From NCBI GenBank assembly GCA_009773355.1, contig WRPG01000002.1:138805-202804 (forward strand): a stretch of 64,000 nucleotides of DNA, written 5' to 3'. The notes below the pieces were generated by a model. It was not told the DNA's origin, searched no databases, and saw only the letters and a program-made list of their open reading frames with translations. The stretch comes from Limisphaerales bacterium (lineage in GTDB: Bacteria > Verrucomicrobiota > Verrucomicrobiia > Limisphaerales > SXTU01). The translations under genes and the position numbers were made by a program. How positions within the stretch are numbered: position 1 is the stretch's first letter; every line of letters starts with the position of its first letter. Shown here piece after piece: positions 8,752 to 19,004 of the stretch.

Positions 8752-10785
8752 TTAACGCGCGGTCGGTTGGCCGTTGAGTGGTGGCTTGCCGGTGCTTGGA
8801 GTGACTGGCGGCTTTTGATCCAGCAGCTTGCGATACGTCGCCAGCGCCAGCAGCGGCCAGGAGTTCCGATACATGTCGTATTTGAGGTAGAACACGCAGG
8901 GGAATCCGGTGCCGGTGATCTCGTCCTCGGACCACGAGCCGTCGCGGTTCTGCGTGCCGCAAAGGAACTCGATGCCGCGCTTGAGCGCGGGCAGGTCGGG
9001 GTCGCCGAAGGTGCAGAGGCCCATGACGGCCCACGCGGTCTGCGAGGCGGTGCTCGGTCCCCGGCCCTTGTGGACGGGGTCGTCGTAGGTGTTGCAGCGC
9101 TCGCCCCAACCGCCGTCCTCGTGCTGGACGCTCATAAGCCACTCGCGCGCGCGCAGGAGCCACGGCTCGGTCATGTCGTAATCCAGCGCCTTGAGACCGC
9201 GCAGCACCTGCCAGGTGCCGTAGATGTAGTTCACGCCCCAGCGGCCGTAGAAGCTGCCGTCCTCCTCCTGCAGCTTCTTCATGAAGGCGAGGCCGCGCTT
9301 GACTTGCGGATTCTCCTTTCGCACGCCTTCGAGGCCCATGACTTCAAGAATGCGCGCGGTGATGTCCACGCACTCGGGGTCGAGCATGGCGTTGTGGTCG
9401 GCGAAGGGGACTTTCTCCAGGATGCTTTTGGTGCAGTCTTTGTCGAAGGCCGCCCAGCCGCCATCCTTGCACTGGAAGGCGAGCATCCAATCGTAGCCGC
9501 GCCGGAAGCATTCGTCACGGCGCTTCGGGTTGTCGGTGGCAATCTGCCGCAACGCGAGCAGCACCATCGCGGTGTCGTCCACGTCGGGGTTCCACTTGTT
9601 GTTGAACTCGAAGACCCAGCCGCTCGGCTCCACAGAGACCGGGTTTTTGTTGAACCAGTCGCCCCGAAAACGAATCTCCCGGTCCATGAGCCAGTTCGCC
9701 GCCTGCTTCATGTGCGGGTGCTCGGCGGGCACGCCGGACTCGCGCATGGCGATGCTCACGATGGCGGTGTCCCACACCGGCGAAAAGCACGGCTCGATGC
9801 GCATCGAGTCGGTGGTGTGATGTTCAAGGCGCTTCAGCTCCTTGTATTCGCGGGCGAAGATGGGGTGATCACGCTTGTAGCCGAGGACTTCGAGCGCGAT
9901 GACGCTGTTGAGCATCGCGGGGAAGATGGCGGCGAGGCCGTCGCTGCCCTCGAAGCGCTCCAGCATCCACTGCTCGCACTTCTTGAGCGCGCGCTTGCGG
10001 AACGGGTGGACACTCTGGCGCGCGACCCACTCGGCGAGCTTGTGCAGGCGGTCGAGCCAGAGGAAGGCGTTGCGCAGGCCCAAGTCGAAGTAGCGCGGGC
10101 GCAGCGCCTCATCCAGCTCCCACTTCCCGTTCGGGTAAAGCTCGTCGAGGTTCACGCCGTTCTTGAGCGGGCGCGTGGGGCGGAAGTGATTGATGATGGC
10201 CAGCGGCACGAGCATCGCGCGCGACCAGTTGCTCATGTCCCAAAAGTTGACGTGAAACCATTTGCCGATGAGCAGCACCTCGCAGGGGATGGAAGGAACG
10301 TGGTTCCAGCCCACGAGGCCGATGAGCGCGAGATAGAGCTTCGAGAACGTGTTCATCCGCGGCACACCGCCGAGGTTGCGGGCCATCTCGCGGGCCTTGA
10401 GCATGCGCGGGTCGGTGACGGACACGCCGGCGAGCTTGAGGGCGAGGTAGGCCTTGATGGTGGCGTTCACCTCTGAGGGGCCGTGCGGGTAGATGTTCCA
10501 GCCGCCGTCGTCGAGTTGGCGCTCGAAGATGTGGTTCACCGCGCGCCGCTGCCACTCGGAGTCCACCGAGTCCGACCAATGGTGGTAGGCCACCATGTCG
10601 GACACGAGCGTCACGTCCACGATGAGTTCGCCGACCCAGTAGCCGTCCGGGTGCTGGACGCTGAGAAGGTAGTCCTGCGACCGCTTCGTGGCGCCGGCGA
10701 CATCGGCGGCGGACAACTCGCCAAAAGCGAAGGCAGGTTGTGCAGCGGGCGGGTTGGTTCGTCCTGTTGGGGTGACAACTGACAT
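8752..10785 (-). CDS. shc: Squalene-hopene cyclase
   Basis: DxDDTA motif (PDVDDTAMV), QW repeats (QHPDGYW, QCKDGGW, QHEDGGWGE), GRWGVNYIYGT, TGTGFP. Confidence 0.97.
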   Translation of the reverse strand: MSVVTPTGRTNPPAAQPAFAFGELSAADVAGATKRSQDYLLSVQHPDGYWVGELIVDVTLVSDMVAYHHWSDSVDSEWQRRAVNHIFERQLDDGGWNIYPHGPSEVNATIKAYLALKLAGVSVTDPRMLKAREMARNLGGVPRMNTFSKLYLALIGLVGWNHVPSIPCEVLLIGKWFHVNFWDMSNWSRAMLVPLAIINHFRPTRPLKNGVNLDELYPNGKWELDEALRPRYFDLGLRNAFLWLDRLHKLAEWVARQSVHPFRKRALKKCEQWMLERFEGSDGLAAIFPAMLNSVIALEVLGYKRDHPIFAREYKELKRLEHHTTDSMRIEPCFSPVWDTAIVSIAMRESGVPAEHPHMKQAANWLMDREIRFRGDWFNKNPVSVEPSGWVFEFNNKWNPDVDDTAMVLLALRQIATDNPKRRDECFRRGYDWMLAFQCKDGGWAAFDKDCTKSILEKVPFADHNAMLDPECVDITARILEVMGLEGVRKENPQVKRGLAFMKKLQEEDGSFYGRWGVNYIYGTWQVLRGLKALDYDMTEPWLLRAREWLMSVQHEDGGWGERCNTYDDPVHKGRGPSTASQTAWAVMGLCTFGDPDLPALKRGIEFLCGTQNRDGSWSEDEITGTGFPCVFYLKYDMYRNSWPLLALATYRKLLDQKPPVTPSTGKPPLNGQPTAR

Positions 10786-10844
10786 GCGGCGCGAATCTGG
10801 AAAACAGCGCTGGGGGAGTAAAGAATTATTCCGGCGACGGAAAT

Positions 10845-11274
10845 GGCTTCGGAAGGGCTGTAAGCCGAATTCTGTCTGCGGCCTTGCGACCGGAGAGAAT
10901 CATTTGTCTCAGCAGCCAATACCCGGAACCCATCCCGCTTTCGCGGAAACTGGCGCGGGCCGCGCCGTGGTTCCCTATTTGGCCTTGCACCCGATGGGGT
11001 TTGCCGTGCCCCCGCGCTTGCGCTTGGGGCGGTGCGCTCTTACCGCACCTTTTCACCCTTGCCGGGTATGACATGGCAGTTTTCTGGTTTCCCATTGGAC
11101 TACCATGCCGTCCCGGCGGTCTGATTTTCTGTGGCACTGTCCGTCGGCGCGCCTCTCGGCGAACCGCCCGCGTGTATCTCCGGCTGAACCGGAGTTACGC
11201 GGCATCGCGCCCTGCGGTGTTCGGACTTTCCTCCCGCGGACAAGCCGCGAGCGATTCTCTGCCCTTCCGAAGCC
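10845..11274 (-). ncRNA. rnpB: RNase P RNA (bacterial type A)
   Basis: Minus strand has GAGGAAAGTCCG near the 5' end, AGTGCCACAGAAA, GGGTGAAAAGGTGCGGTAAGAGCGCACC and ACAGAATTCGGCTTA near the 3' end; ends pair as P1 (ggcttcggaagggc/gcccttccgaagcc). Confidence 0.95.
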
Positions 11275-11280
11275 GGCGGG

Positions 11281-11309
11281 ACGGTAATACAAGCGGTGCT
11301 TGGCAGCAA
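11281..11309 (-). promoter_or_regulatory. Sigma70-like promoter of rnpB
   Basis: TTGCTG-N17-TACCGT, ending 6 nt before the P1 5' end at 11274. Confidence 0.65.
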
Positions 11310-11327
11310 GCCGCCTTCTCCTCCGGC

Positions 11328-12056
11328 TCAATCCACCGCCGCCAGTTCCATGTCCCGAGTGAAGTAGATGATGCGGCCGCAGTGCGGGCAGGCATTGATC
11401 TCGGACTGCGACTGGCAGGCGACCATCACCTGCGTCGGCAACCGCATGTGGCAGCCGCCGCATGCGCTGTGCTGGATGCCGACGATGACGTTCTCGCCCT
11501 TGCTCTTGAGCAGCCGCTCGTAGCGTGCCAGCGCGCCTTCCTCGACGGCGGCGGCCAGCTCCGCGCGGTTGGCCTGCAACTCGGCGAGCTTGGCCTTGAA
11601 GTTCTCCTCGCGCTTGCCCAGTTCGGTCACTTCCGCGTCCACGTCCTTCTTCGCCTGGGCGGCAAGCTTGGTGGCTGCGGCAACGTCCTTCGCCACGGCG
11701 TCGGCCTGCTCCATGAGGACCAGAATCTGATCCTCGAGTTTGGAGATGTTGCCCTTGCACGTCTCGATCTCGTGCGCCAGCGCGCGATACTCCTCGTTCT
11801 TCTTGGTCTGGAGCTGCTGCTGGGAATACTTGGCGATCCTTTCCTCCTGCGCCTGCACATCCAGCTCCAGCTTCTTCTTGTCCGACTCGATCTGCTTGGC
11901 CTTGAGCTTGGCGGCGTCGAGCGCCTGCTGGGAGGAGTTGGCGCGGGACTTGGCACGCTCACGCTGCGGGGTGATGGACGCCAGTTCGGCCTGGGTGCGG
12001 AGGAGGTTGCGGTCGCGGTCTTGGAGAACGAGGAGTTTTTCGATGGCTTCGAGCAT
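11328..12056 (-). CDS. C4-type zinc-ribbon coiled-coil protein (CT398/DUF164-like)
   Basis: Long coiled coil, C-terminal CGGCH...CPHCGRI; adjacent to rnpB. Confidence 0.88.
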   Translation of the reverse strand: MLEAIEKLLVLQDRDRNLLRTQAELASITPQRERAKSRANSSQQALDAAKLKAKQIESDKKKLELDVQAQEERIAKYSQQQLQTKKNEEYRALAHEIETCKGNISKLEDQILVLMEQADAVAKDVAAATKLAAQAKKDVDAEVTELGKREENFKAKLAELQANRAELAAAVEEGALARYERLLKSKGENVIVGIQHSACGGCHMRLPTQVMVACQSQSEINACPHCGRIIYFTRDMELAAVD

Positions 12057-12079
12057 GCGCGGCTTTCTTTGTTCGCGAA

Positions 12080-12108
12080 AAGCTATCGGCCATGCTACGC
12101 CAAGTCAA
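12080..12108 (-). promoter_or_regulatory. Sigma70-like promoter
   Basis: TTGACT-N17-TAGCTT upstream of the zinc-ribbon gene. Confidence 0.6.
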
Positions 12109-12180
12109 TGCACGCCGCCGCCCGGTGCCGCCGGCAAATTTTTTGAACAACCACCCCGCCCTCCGTTCCAAGGTGACAGC

Positions 12181-13686
12181 ATGAAAACAAACCGCTTCTC
12201 CACCGCCCTGTGCCTGCTGGCGCTCGCCGGCTCGCAGACGCTCGCCCCGCTCCAGGCCGCTCAAAAGGAGTCCGCCGCCATCGCCTTGGCCCGCCAGTTG
12301 AACCAGGCTTTCATCGAGGTGGCCGACCAAGTCTCGCCCTCCGTCGTCGTCATCCGCGTCGCGCAGAAGCAGGACCGCAGCGGCTTCAGCTCGGATGGCG
12401 AGGGCAATCCTTTTTTTGAGATGCTGCCGCGCGAGTTTCGCCGCCAGTTGGAGGAGCAGTTTGAGAAGCGCAAAAAGCAGCCGCAGTCCGAACCCCAGCC
12501 CGAGCGCCCGCCTCAGTTCAACGGCCAGGGCAGCGGCGTCGTCATCCGCGAGGATGGCTACATCCTCACCAACCGTCACGTCGTCGAGGACGCCGAGAAG
12601 ATCGAGATCCGCTTCAAGGACGGGCGCACCTTCCCCGCAACCATCCGCGGCGTGGACCCGCGCTCCGATGTCGCCGTGCTGAAGATTGAGGCCAAGGGCC
12701 TGCCCGCCGCGAAGTTCGCCGACTCGGACAAGACCCGCGTGGGCGAGTTCGCCATCGCCATCGGCGCGCCGTTCAACCTCGACTACAGCGTCACCTTCGG
12801 GCACGTCAGCGCCAAGGGCCGCAGCGCCCTGCTCCCCGACGCCTCGCCCTTGACGCCGATGGATCAGGATTTCATCCAGACCGACGCGAGCATCAACCCC
12901 GGCAACAGCGGCGGCCCGCTGGTCAACATCAACGGCGAGATCATCGGCATCAACACCCTCATCCGCGGCCTCCGCAGTGGCATCGGCTTCGCCATCCCCG
13001 CAAATCTCGCGCGCGAACTCTCCGACGCCCTCATCAAGAATGGGAAGGTCATCCGCGCCCGCCTCGGGCTGGCCGTCAAGGGCCTTAAGGACGATCCCGA
13101 ACTCCGCGCCCAGTCCTTCAAGGGCGTCACCGACGGCATCTTGGTCAGCGGCATCCAGCAAAACGGCCCCGCCGAAAGATCCGAGTTGAAGCTCGAGGAC
13201 GTCATCACCCATGTCGAAGGCACTCCCGTCACCAACGTCCAGCAGCTCCGCAATTCCATCCGCAACAAAGTCGGCATCCCCGTCACCCTCAGCGTGGTCC
13301 GCAACGGCAAGCCGATGAAGATCAAGGTCACCCCGGAGGAATGGCCTGACGAACCGGCCGACTTGTTGGCCAGCAACAAGCCGAGCAACGAAGTTCAGGC
13401 CGACGACCTCGGCATCACGGTGAAGGCACTCACCCGCGAGCTGGCCCGGGAGCACAGCGTGAAGCTCACCGAAGGCTTGATCGTGACGGAAGTGGATGCC
13501 GGCAGCCCCGCCGCCAAGCGCGGCCTCAAGGCCGGGATCGTCATCACCGAGGTCAACGGCAAGCCCGTGTCCGACCTGCGCGACTTCAGCGCGGCGCTCA
13601 AGGGAGCCGACCTCAAGAAAGGCGTCCGGCTGGAAATCATCAGCGACGGCTTCAAGAAGTTCGAGGTGCTGAAGTCTGGCGACTGA
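12181..13686 (+). CDS. HtrA/DegQ-family serine protease with two PDZ domains
   Basis: Signal peptide from ATG 12181, TNRHVV, DVAVLK, IQTDASINPGNSGGPL, two PDZ-like segments. Confidence 0.92.
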   Translation: MKTNRFSTALCLLALAGSQTLAPLQAAQKESAAIALARQLNQAFIEVADQVSPSVVVIRVAQKQDRSGFSSDGEGNPFFEMLPREFRRQLEEQFEKRKKQPQSEPQPERPPQFNGQGSGVVIREDGYILTNRHVVEDAEKIEIRFKDGRTFPATIRGVDPRSDVAVLKIEAKGLPAAKFADSDKTRVGEFAIAIGAPFNLDYSVTFGHVSAKGRSALLPDASPLTPMDQDFIQTDASINPGNSGGPLVNINGEIIGINTLIRGLRSGIGFAIPANLARELSDALIKNGKVIRARLGLAVKGLKDDPELRAQSFKGVTDGILVSGIQQNGPAERSELKLEDVITHVEGTPVTNVQQLRNSIRNKVGIPVTLSVVRNGKPMKIKVTPEEWPDEPADLLASNKPSNEVQADDLGITVKALTRELAREHSVKLTEGLIVTEVDAGSPAAKRGLKAGIVITEVNGKPVSDLRDFSAALKGADLKKGVRLEIISDGFKKFEVLKSGD

Positions 13687-13784
13687 ACCGCCGGGTTCTG
13701 TCCGCGCCGGTTCCGGGTGATCAGTGTCCGGCCCTGAACCCGGTTGGCCGTTGCGGCGGGATGAAGCCGCGCTCCCCGCTTGCC

Positions 13785-15005
13785 TTACCGCACGACCTCG
13801 AAGGCGAAGCCCTTCAGATACTCCGTCTCGGGAATGCACGGAATGAAGGGATGATCCGGCGACTGGCTGAACGTCGCCACGCGGCGCAGCACACGGCGGG
13901 TGTCGAACGCGGCGGAGAGAATCACGTCCTGAAAGGTCACACTGTCCACATGGTGCGAGCAGCAGAAGGTGGCGAGCAGGCCGCCGGGCTTGAGCAGCTT
14001 GAGCGCGCGCAGGTGGATTTCCTTGTAGCCGCGCAACGCGTCCGGCACGGAGGCGCGGTTCCGCGTGAAGGACGGCGGGTCGAGCACGATGGCGTCGAAC
14101 TTGGGAATGACCCGCTCATGCGGGCCGACGGTGGTCTGGGCCTTGAGCCAGTCGAAGACGTTCGCGGCCTCGAAGGTGCATTTCTCCGCCAGTCCGTTCG
14201 CGGCGGCGTTGCGCGTGGCGGCGGCAATGGCGTCCGCGCTTTGGTCGAGGCCGTGGACGTGCGCGGCTCCGGCGCGGGCGGCGTGCAGGGCAAAGCCGCC
14301 GAGGAAGCTGAAACAGTCGAGGACGTTCGCGCCCGGCGTGAGGGCGATGAGCTCGGCGGTGCGCTGGTAGTTGGCCTGCTGGTCGAGGTAGAGGCCGGTC
14401 TTGTGGCCGGCGCGCAGGTCGGTCTCGAACTTGAGGCCGTTGAGCGTCACCGTCACCGGGCCGTCGAGAGTGCCTTCCAGCATTCCATTCGCTTCGGGCA
14501 GGCCCTCGAATTTGCGCGAGGCCATCTCGTTGCGCTCCACGATGGCGCGCGGGTTGAAGATGGACTTGAGCGCGGCGACGATGAGCGGCTTGCGCATGTC
14601 CATGCCGAGCGCGGAGGTCTGCACCACGAGCACGTCGTCGTATTTGTCCACGATCAGGCCGCTGAGAAAATCGCCCTCGGCGCTGACGACGCGGAAGGAG
14701 GTCGCACCGGGCAAATGCCGCTGGCGGATGGCGAGCGCCGCGCGGATGCGGGCCTCGAAGAACGCCTGGTCCACCGTGACATGCTCGTGCGTGATCACGC
14801 GCACGGTGATCTTGGACTGCGCGTTGTAGAGGCCGAGGCCGAGCCAGTGCTTGCGATGGTCGTTCACCTCGACGAGATCACCGTCCTTCACGCCCGGAGC
14901 GACGTGCATGATGGCTCCGGCGTAAATCCACGGGTGCCCGGCGACGATGCGGTCGGCTTCGCGGGGCTTGAGAATGACGAGGGGCAGGGCAGGGGAGGCG
15001 CTCAT
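13785..15005 (-). CDS. RlmI/YccW-family SAM-dependent rRNA methyltransferase
   Basis: PUA-like GHPWIY, GHKTGLYLDQ, VLDPPSF, PETEYLKG. Confidence 0.88.
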   Translation of the reverse strand: MSASPALPLVILKPREADRIVAGHPWIYAGAIMHVAPGVKDGDLVEVNDHRKHWLGLGLYNAQSKITVRVITHEHVTVDQAFFEARIRAALAIRQRHLPGATSFRVVSAEGDFLSGLIVDKYDDVLVVQTSALGMDMRKPLIVAALKSIFNPRAIVERNEMASRKFEGLPEANGMLEGTLDGPVTVTLNGLKFETDLRAGHKTGLYLDQQANYQRTAELIALTPGANVLDCFSFLGGFALHAARAGAAHVHGLDQSADAIAAATRNAAANGLAEKCTFEAANVFDWLKAQTTVGPHERVIPKFDAIVLDPPSFTRNRASVPDALRGYKEIHLRALKLLKPGGLLATFCCSHHVDSVTFQDVILSAAFDTRRVLRRVATFSQSPDHPFIPCIPETEYLKGFAFEVVR

Positions 15006-15132
15006 GTTTGTAGACAGGTTGGGAAGCGCGGGCCATGAAGCCAGGGCGCGCCGCTTCGGGGCGCAGATGAAGGCAGACCCGGCGGGCGGGGGAAAGTCTT
15101 TTGTTGGTGGCGGGCGGGTTCGCGCGCCCGGA

Positions 15133-15771
15133 TCACTCCGCCAGCTTGCCGACGGGAATCTCGGCCTTGTAGCGGCCCAGCAGCTTCAACTCGATCACGC
15201 CGGCTTCCTCGCCGGTCTTGCGGACGGCCATCACGACGGGGGCCGCGCCCTTGGATTTCTCGGCCGTCAGCGGCACGCGCAGCACGGGCGAACTGCTCTT
15301 GCCGTAGAGGGCGAGCTGAAACTCCTTCTTCCCGGCCTTCTCGATACCGAGGGTGAACACGGCCAGCTCCAGCTCTTTGTCCTTCGTGGTGACCTTCACG
15401 AGCCGGAGCTTGTCGTTGGACAACGCGGCGTCCTTGTCCTTGGGCGCGAGCTGCCTGGTCCACAACTGCCCGACGGGCATCGCCTCACCCTTGGATTTTT
15501 TCCGGGCAGCCTTGTCACCTTTGGCCGCCTTTTCGACTTTCAAGCGCTTGTCTGGAATGAGCAGCGCGCCCACGTCGCCAGCCTTGAACCCGACGGCCTG
15601 GTCGGGGGCAAGTTCGAGCTTGAGCGGCAGGTCGCCGAGGCGGGTGTTGGCGTCCATGAGCAGCGCGGTGGCCTTGGACAATTCCTCCGGGGTGAGCTGG
15701 GTCGGTTCCTGAGCGTGCAGGGCGCTGAGGCAGGCAAAGGCGGCCACGAGAAACAGGAGTCTGGTTTTCAT
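15133..15771 (-). CDS. Hypothetical secreted protein
   Basis: Signal peptide, typical codon usage, no recognisable motif. Confidence 0.7.
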   Translation of the reverse strand: MKTRLLFLVAAFACLSALHAQEPTQLTPEELSKATALLMDANTRLGDLPLKLELAPDQAVGFKAGDVGALLIPDKRLKVEKAAKGDKAARKKSKGEAMPVGQLWTRQLAPKDKDAALSNDKLRLVKVTTKDKELELAVFTLGIEKAGKKEFQLALYGKSSSPVLRVPLTAEKSKGAAPVVMAVRKTGEEAGVIELKLLGRYKAEIPVGKLAE

Positions 15772-15850
15772 GCTGGTTGGCAGCTGAGGCGCCCCATGCC
15801 AGACGCGCGCTCAAAAACTTCCGTTACAACCCGGCGGGCGAACCATCCAG

Positions 15851-16642
15851 CTATGGCCCCCACATGTTGGTGCCATGGATCCATTGCTCGCGGGTGATGA
15901 GTCGCGCCGAACCATCGGCGAAGGCAGCGTTACCTTGGTCAGTCAGCTTGCGGTTGGCGTTGGGAACGGCAGCGGAACTCTGGCGATTGTGATGAAAGAT
16001 GAAATTGTTGCAAGTGATCCTGGGCTGCGTTGGCGAGTTGTAAAGCGAGCTGTTGCTGTCGTCCACATTGTCGGGAGGGGTGTCGGTATCCAAGTTGAAG
16101 GGAAACACCGTCGGGGAATAGATGACCTGATTGGTGGACTCGCCGACGAGAAACGTGCTTGCGGCAATCTGTCCCAGGCGGGATGAGCCTCCCGTGCCCG
16201 TAATGGTGCTGAAGTAGCCGATGACGCGATTATAGTTCGGTGCCGTGGTAATGGTGATGGTGCCGACTGGGGTGCCGCTGCTGTTGACGATTTGTCTTGA
16301 GAGAAGCGATGGGCAACCAAGCTTCGGCTCAAACTCGGAGGTGATGGTGGCACTTCGCATCCCGATGTAGGGTGCCAACACAGCACGCCATTCTGGCGAT
16401 TGACCCAAAGGGTCGCCTGCTGGCCGGGAATAGGCGTAGGGCGGCAGCTTGTCGTCGTTGTCACCGGCATACAGCGTCAAGCCGATGGCCACCTGCTTCC
16501 GGTTGCTGAGACACTTTGACATCTTGGCCTTCTCCTTGGCCTTGCCCAGGGCCGGCAGGAGCATTCCGGCCAGGATGGCGATGATCGCGATGACGACGAG
16601 GAGTTCGATCAGGGTGAAGGCCGAGGAGGTTCTCGATTTCAT
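15851..16642 (-). CDS. Prepilin-type N-terminal cleavage/methylation protein with H-X9-DG-like C-terminus
   Basis: [25 protein letters not shown]; C-terminal HH...GNAAFADGS. Confidence 0.9.
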   Translation of the reverse strand: MKSRTSSAFTLIELLVVIAIIAILAGMLLPALGKAKEKAKMSKCLSNRKQVAIGLTLYAGDNDDKLPPYAYSRPAGDPLGQSPEWRAVLAPYIGMRSATITSEFEPKLGCPSLLSRQIVNSSGTPVGTITITTAPNYNRVIGYFSTITGTGGSSRLGQIAASTFLVGESTNQVIYSPTVFPFNLDTDTPPDNVDDSNSSLYNSPTQPRITCNNFIFHHNRQSSAAVPNANRKLTDQGNAAFADGSARLITREQWIHGTNMWGP

Positions 16643-16720
16643 ACGAATAGTCGCACCGTGGAGGCAGTTGGAGCAGTCGTCAAGGAGCGGTTGAAGGCGG
16701 AGGTTGAAACGCGTTCTCGG

Positions 16721-17482
16721 CTACGGCCCCCACATGCCGCCGTCGTTTTTGAGCCACTGGTCGCGGTTGATGACCCGCGCAGACCCGTCGGCGAAGCAGA
16801 CATTGCCTTGGTCCGTCAACTTGACGTTGACATTTGGAGGGGCGGACGAATTCTGGCGGTTGTGGTGGAAGAGGAAGTTGTTGAACTTCACCCCCGGCAA
16901 TGGAGGGGTGGCACTACCATCTGGGATGCCGTCGTCATCGGTGTCCGAGTTCATGTTCCAATTCGGATTACTGGGAGTGTAGATGACGATGTTTGTGGAC
17001 TCGCCGACGAGAAAAGTGCCTGCGGGCACCTGCAGCAGCCGCATCGAGCCGCCGGCCCCACTCGCAACCGTGTGATAATTGATTACCCGGTTGTAGTTCG
17101 GCGCGGTGGTGATGCCCCCCAGCGCCGGGGTGAAGAGGGCGGGACAGCCGAGTTTGTTTTCGAAGTCATTCGCGACATTCGGTCGGACGCCTACGTAACT
17201 GGAAATGACAGTCTTCCAATCAGGCGCCTGGGTGGGCGTGCCAGGCGGTGGATAGACGCCCCCGTAGTTGTAAGCATACGGCGGCAGCTTGTCATCATTA
17301 TCGCCCGCGTAGATGTTGAACCCCAGCGCAACTTGCTTTCGGTTGCTCAGGCACTTGGTCATCTTCGCCTTGGCCTTGGCCTTGCTCAAGACCGGCAGGA
17401 GCATCCCGGCGAGGATGGCGATGATCGCGATGACGACGAGGAGTTCGATCAGGGTGAAGGCGGATATGCGTCGTAGTTTCAC
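16721..17482 (-). CDS. Prepilin-type N-terminal cleavage/methylation protein (tandem paralog)
   Basis: [25 protein letters not shown]; C-terminal GNVCFADGS. Confidence 0.9.
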   Translation of the reverse strand: MKLRRISAFTLIELLVVIAIIAILAGMLLPVLSKAKAKAKMTKCLSNRKQVALGFNIYAGDNDDKLPPYAYNYGGVYPPPGTPTQAPDWKTVISSYVGVRPNVANDFENKLGCPALFTPALGGITTAPNYNRVINYHTVASGAGGSMRLLQVPAGTFLVGESTNIVIYTPSNPNWNMNSDTDDDGIPDGSATPPLPGVKFNNFLFHHNRQNSSAPPNVNVKLTDQGNVCFADGSARVINRDQWLKNDGGMWGP

Positions 17483-17852
17483 GGCTTGCCGTTAAAAGGT
17501 GTCTGGCGGCACGGTTCGTCGCCGCGAGCGGCTTGTCAACGGCCAAACATGGAGTTTGACCGGCCACCAACTCATAGCCAACCCGATGCCAGCCGCGTGG
17601 TTTTGCCGCACATGGCGGATGAATTGAAGTCCACGCGGGCAGAAGCTCCCTTTGTGCTCCGTGAATTCAACCGGCTGGTCAATTGGATCAGCCACCCGAG
17701 CTTTTTCCCGCCGACGAGGTGACGGCGATCGATGCCGGCAAGAATCCTGATCGAACTGAAAATGAGCCGTGCGCTTCTTGCCAGCCGGCTCAGAAAAAGA
17801 CACCCGCAGCCCGTGGCTCCGCCGCCAGCGAGTCCCCGCACGCCGTCGCACC

Positions 17853-19004
17853 TCAAGCGGGCAGCGGTGGCGGGACGATGTAGGCTGGACCGGTGCCAGC
17901 GGAACCAAGTCTCGTCCTGACGGCCTCAGCCAGCGGGGTGGGCAAAGCCAGGAAGACGGTCGCGCGGCTGTCCAATTCCTTCGGGCTGCGGATGGAATGC
18001 CCGAAACACGTCTTTCCAATGCGGCTCGGGTCTTCGTCCACGAAGAAATCCACGCGCCCGTCCAGCTCGCCGTAGAGCCAAGTCGCCGCGATGGAGGTGC
18101 CGAAGAGGCCGAAGTTGCCTTTCGCTGACATCGCCTTCGCATGGGCGCGCACGGCAGCGAGCCAGTCCAGCCGCGCTTGCACGGCAGGCAGCACGGACGG
18201 GAGCGCCACCGCCGGCGTGTCGGAGGCCGGGGATTTCCGCGCGACGAGGGTGAGTTCCTTCGCCACCCAGTCGTTGGCGGCGGCGAGGATTTCGAAGCCG
18301 ACACCGCGCACGAGTTCCCGCAGCACCGGCAGGAAGAAGTGCGACGAGTGGTCCGCGACGAGGAACATGAACGGGTTGGCCGCGCAGTCGGGCACCTCGA
18401 TGAGCAGCAGGCCGCCGGGTTCGAGCTTGTCCCAGATGCGCCGCAGGATGGCGCGCGGCTCGGGGATGTGCTCCAGCGCGTGCAGCAGGCTGATGAGCTG
18501 GAACTGGCCGGGCACCGTGTCCAGGTCGCCCACATACAACCGCTCGACGCCGGGGATCGCCTGCACCGTCGCGCAGTAGTGGTCGTTCACCTCCACGCCC
18601 GCGAGCTTCCAGTTGGGCGCGAGCTGGCTGAAGGCCCGGAGCATTGCGCCGTTGCCGCAGCCGATGTCCAGCATCCGTCCGGCAGGCGGCACGGACACTT
18701 CCTTCAGCACGCGTTGGAGAAGCCGGGCCGAGCGCGTGGTGGCCTGGCCCGAGGCCTGATCGAAGACGCTTTGCTCCACGCCGTGGCTGGTGTGGTAGAT
18801 CGTGTAAGCGTCGTAGATCGCCTTGGCCTCCGCGTGCCAGCGCGCATCCAGCACCGCCTGCGCGCACTGGCAGGCGGGGCAAACGGCGCATTGGCCGCCG
18901 GCGGGCCAGGGCTTGCAGTCGGAGGTCACGCGGCGGAAGCCATCGTAGCCCGCGACCAGCATGACCGGCCCCGCGCCGCAGACGTGACAGGCGGGCGCGC
19001 TCAT
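17853..19004 (-). CDS. Class I SAM methyltransferase with N-terminal Zn-binding Cys motifs (sugar C-methyltransferase-like)
   Basis: CHVCG...CPAC, LDIGCGNG, HALEHI, C-terminal FFVDED. Confidence 0.75.
   Translation of the reverse strand: MSAPACHVCGAGPVMLVAGYDGFRRVTSDCKPWPAGGQCAVCPACQCAQAVLDARWHAEAKAIYDAYTIYHTSHGVEQSVFDQASGQATTRSARLLQRVLKEVSVPPAGRMLDIGCGNGAMLRAFSQLAPNWKLAGVEVNDHYCATVQAIPGVERLYVGDLDTVPGQFQLISLLHALEHIPEPRAILRRIWDKLEPGGLLLIEVPDCAANPFMFLVADHSSHFFLPVLRELVRGVGFEILAAANDWVAKELTLVARKSPASDTPAVALPSVLPAVQARLDWLAAVRAHAKAMSAKGNFGLFGTSIAATWLYGELDGRVDFFVDEDPSRIGKTCFGHSIRSPKELDSRATVFLALPTPLAEAVRTRLGSAGTGPAYIVPPPLPA

Noticed and set aside
11740-12180. Long N-terminal extension of the HtrA ORF
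   Set aside because: Overlaps the zinc-ribbon gene on the other strand; the signal peptide begins at ATG 12181
15851-17482. Diversity-generating retroelement template/variable repeat pair
   Set aside because: Both copies are full genes, differences are not adenine-specific, and there is no reverse transcriptase in the window
17612-17722. Small plus-strand ORF MADELKSTRAEAPF...
   Set aside because: No motif, RBS or context support; cannot be distinguished from chance
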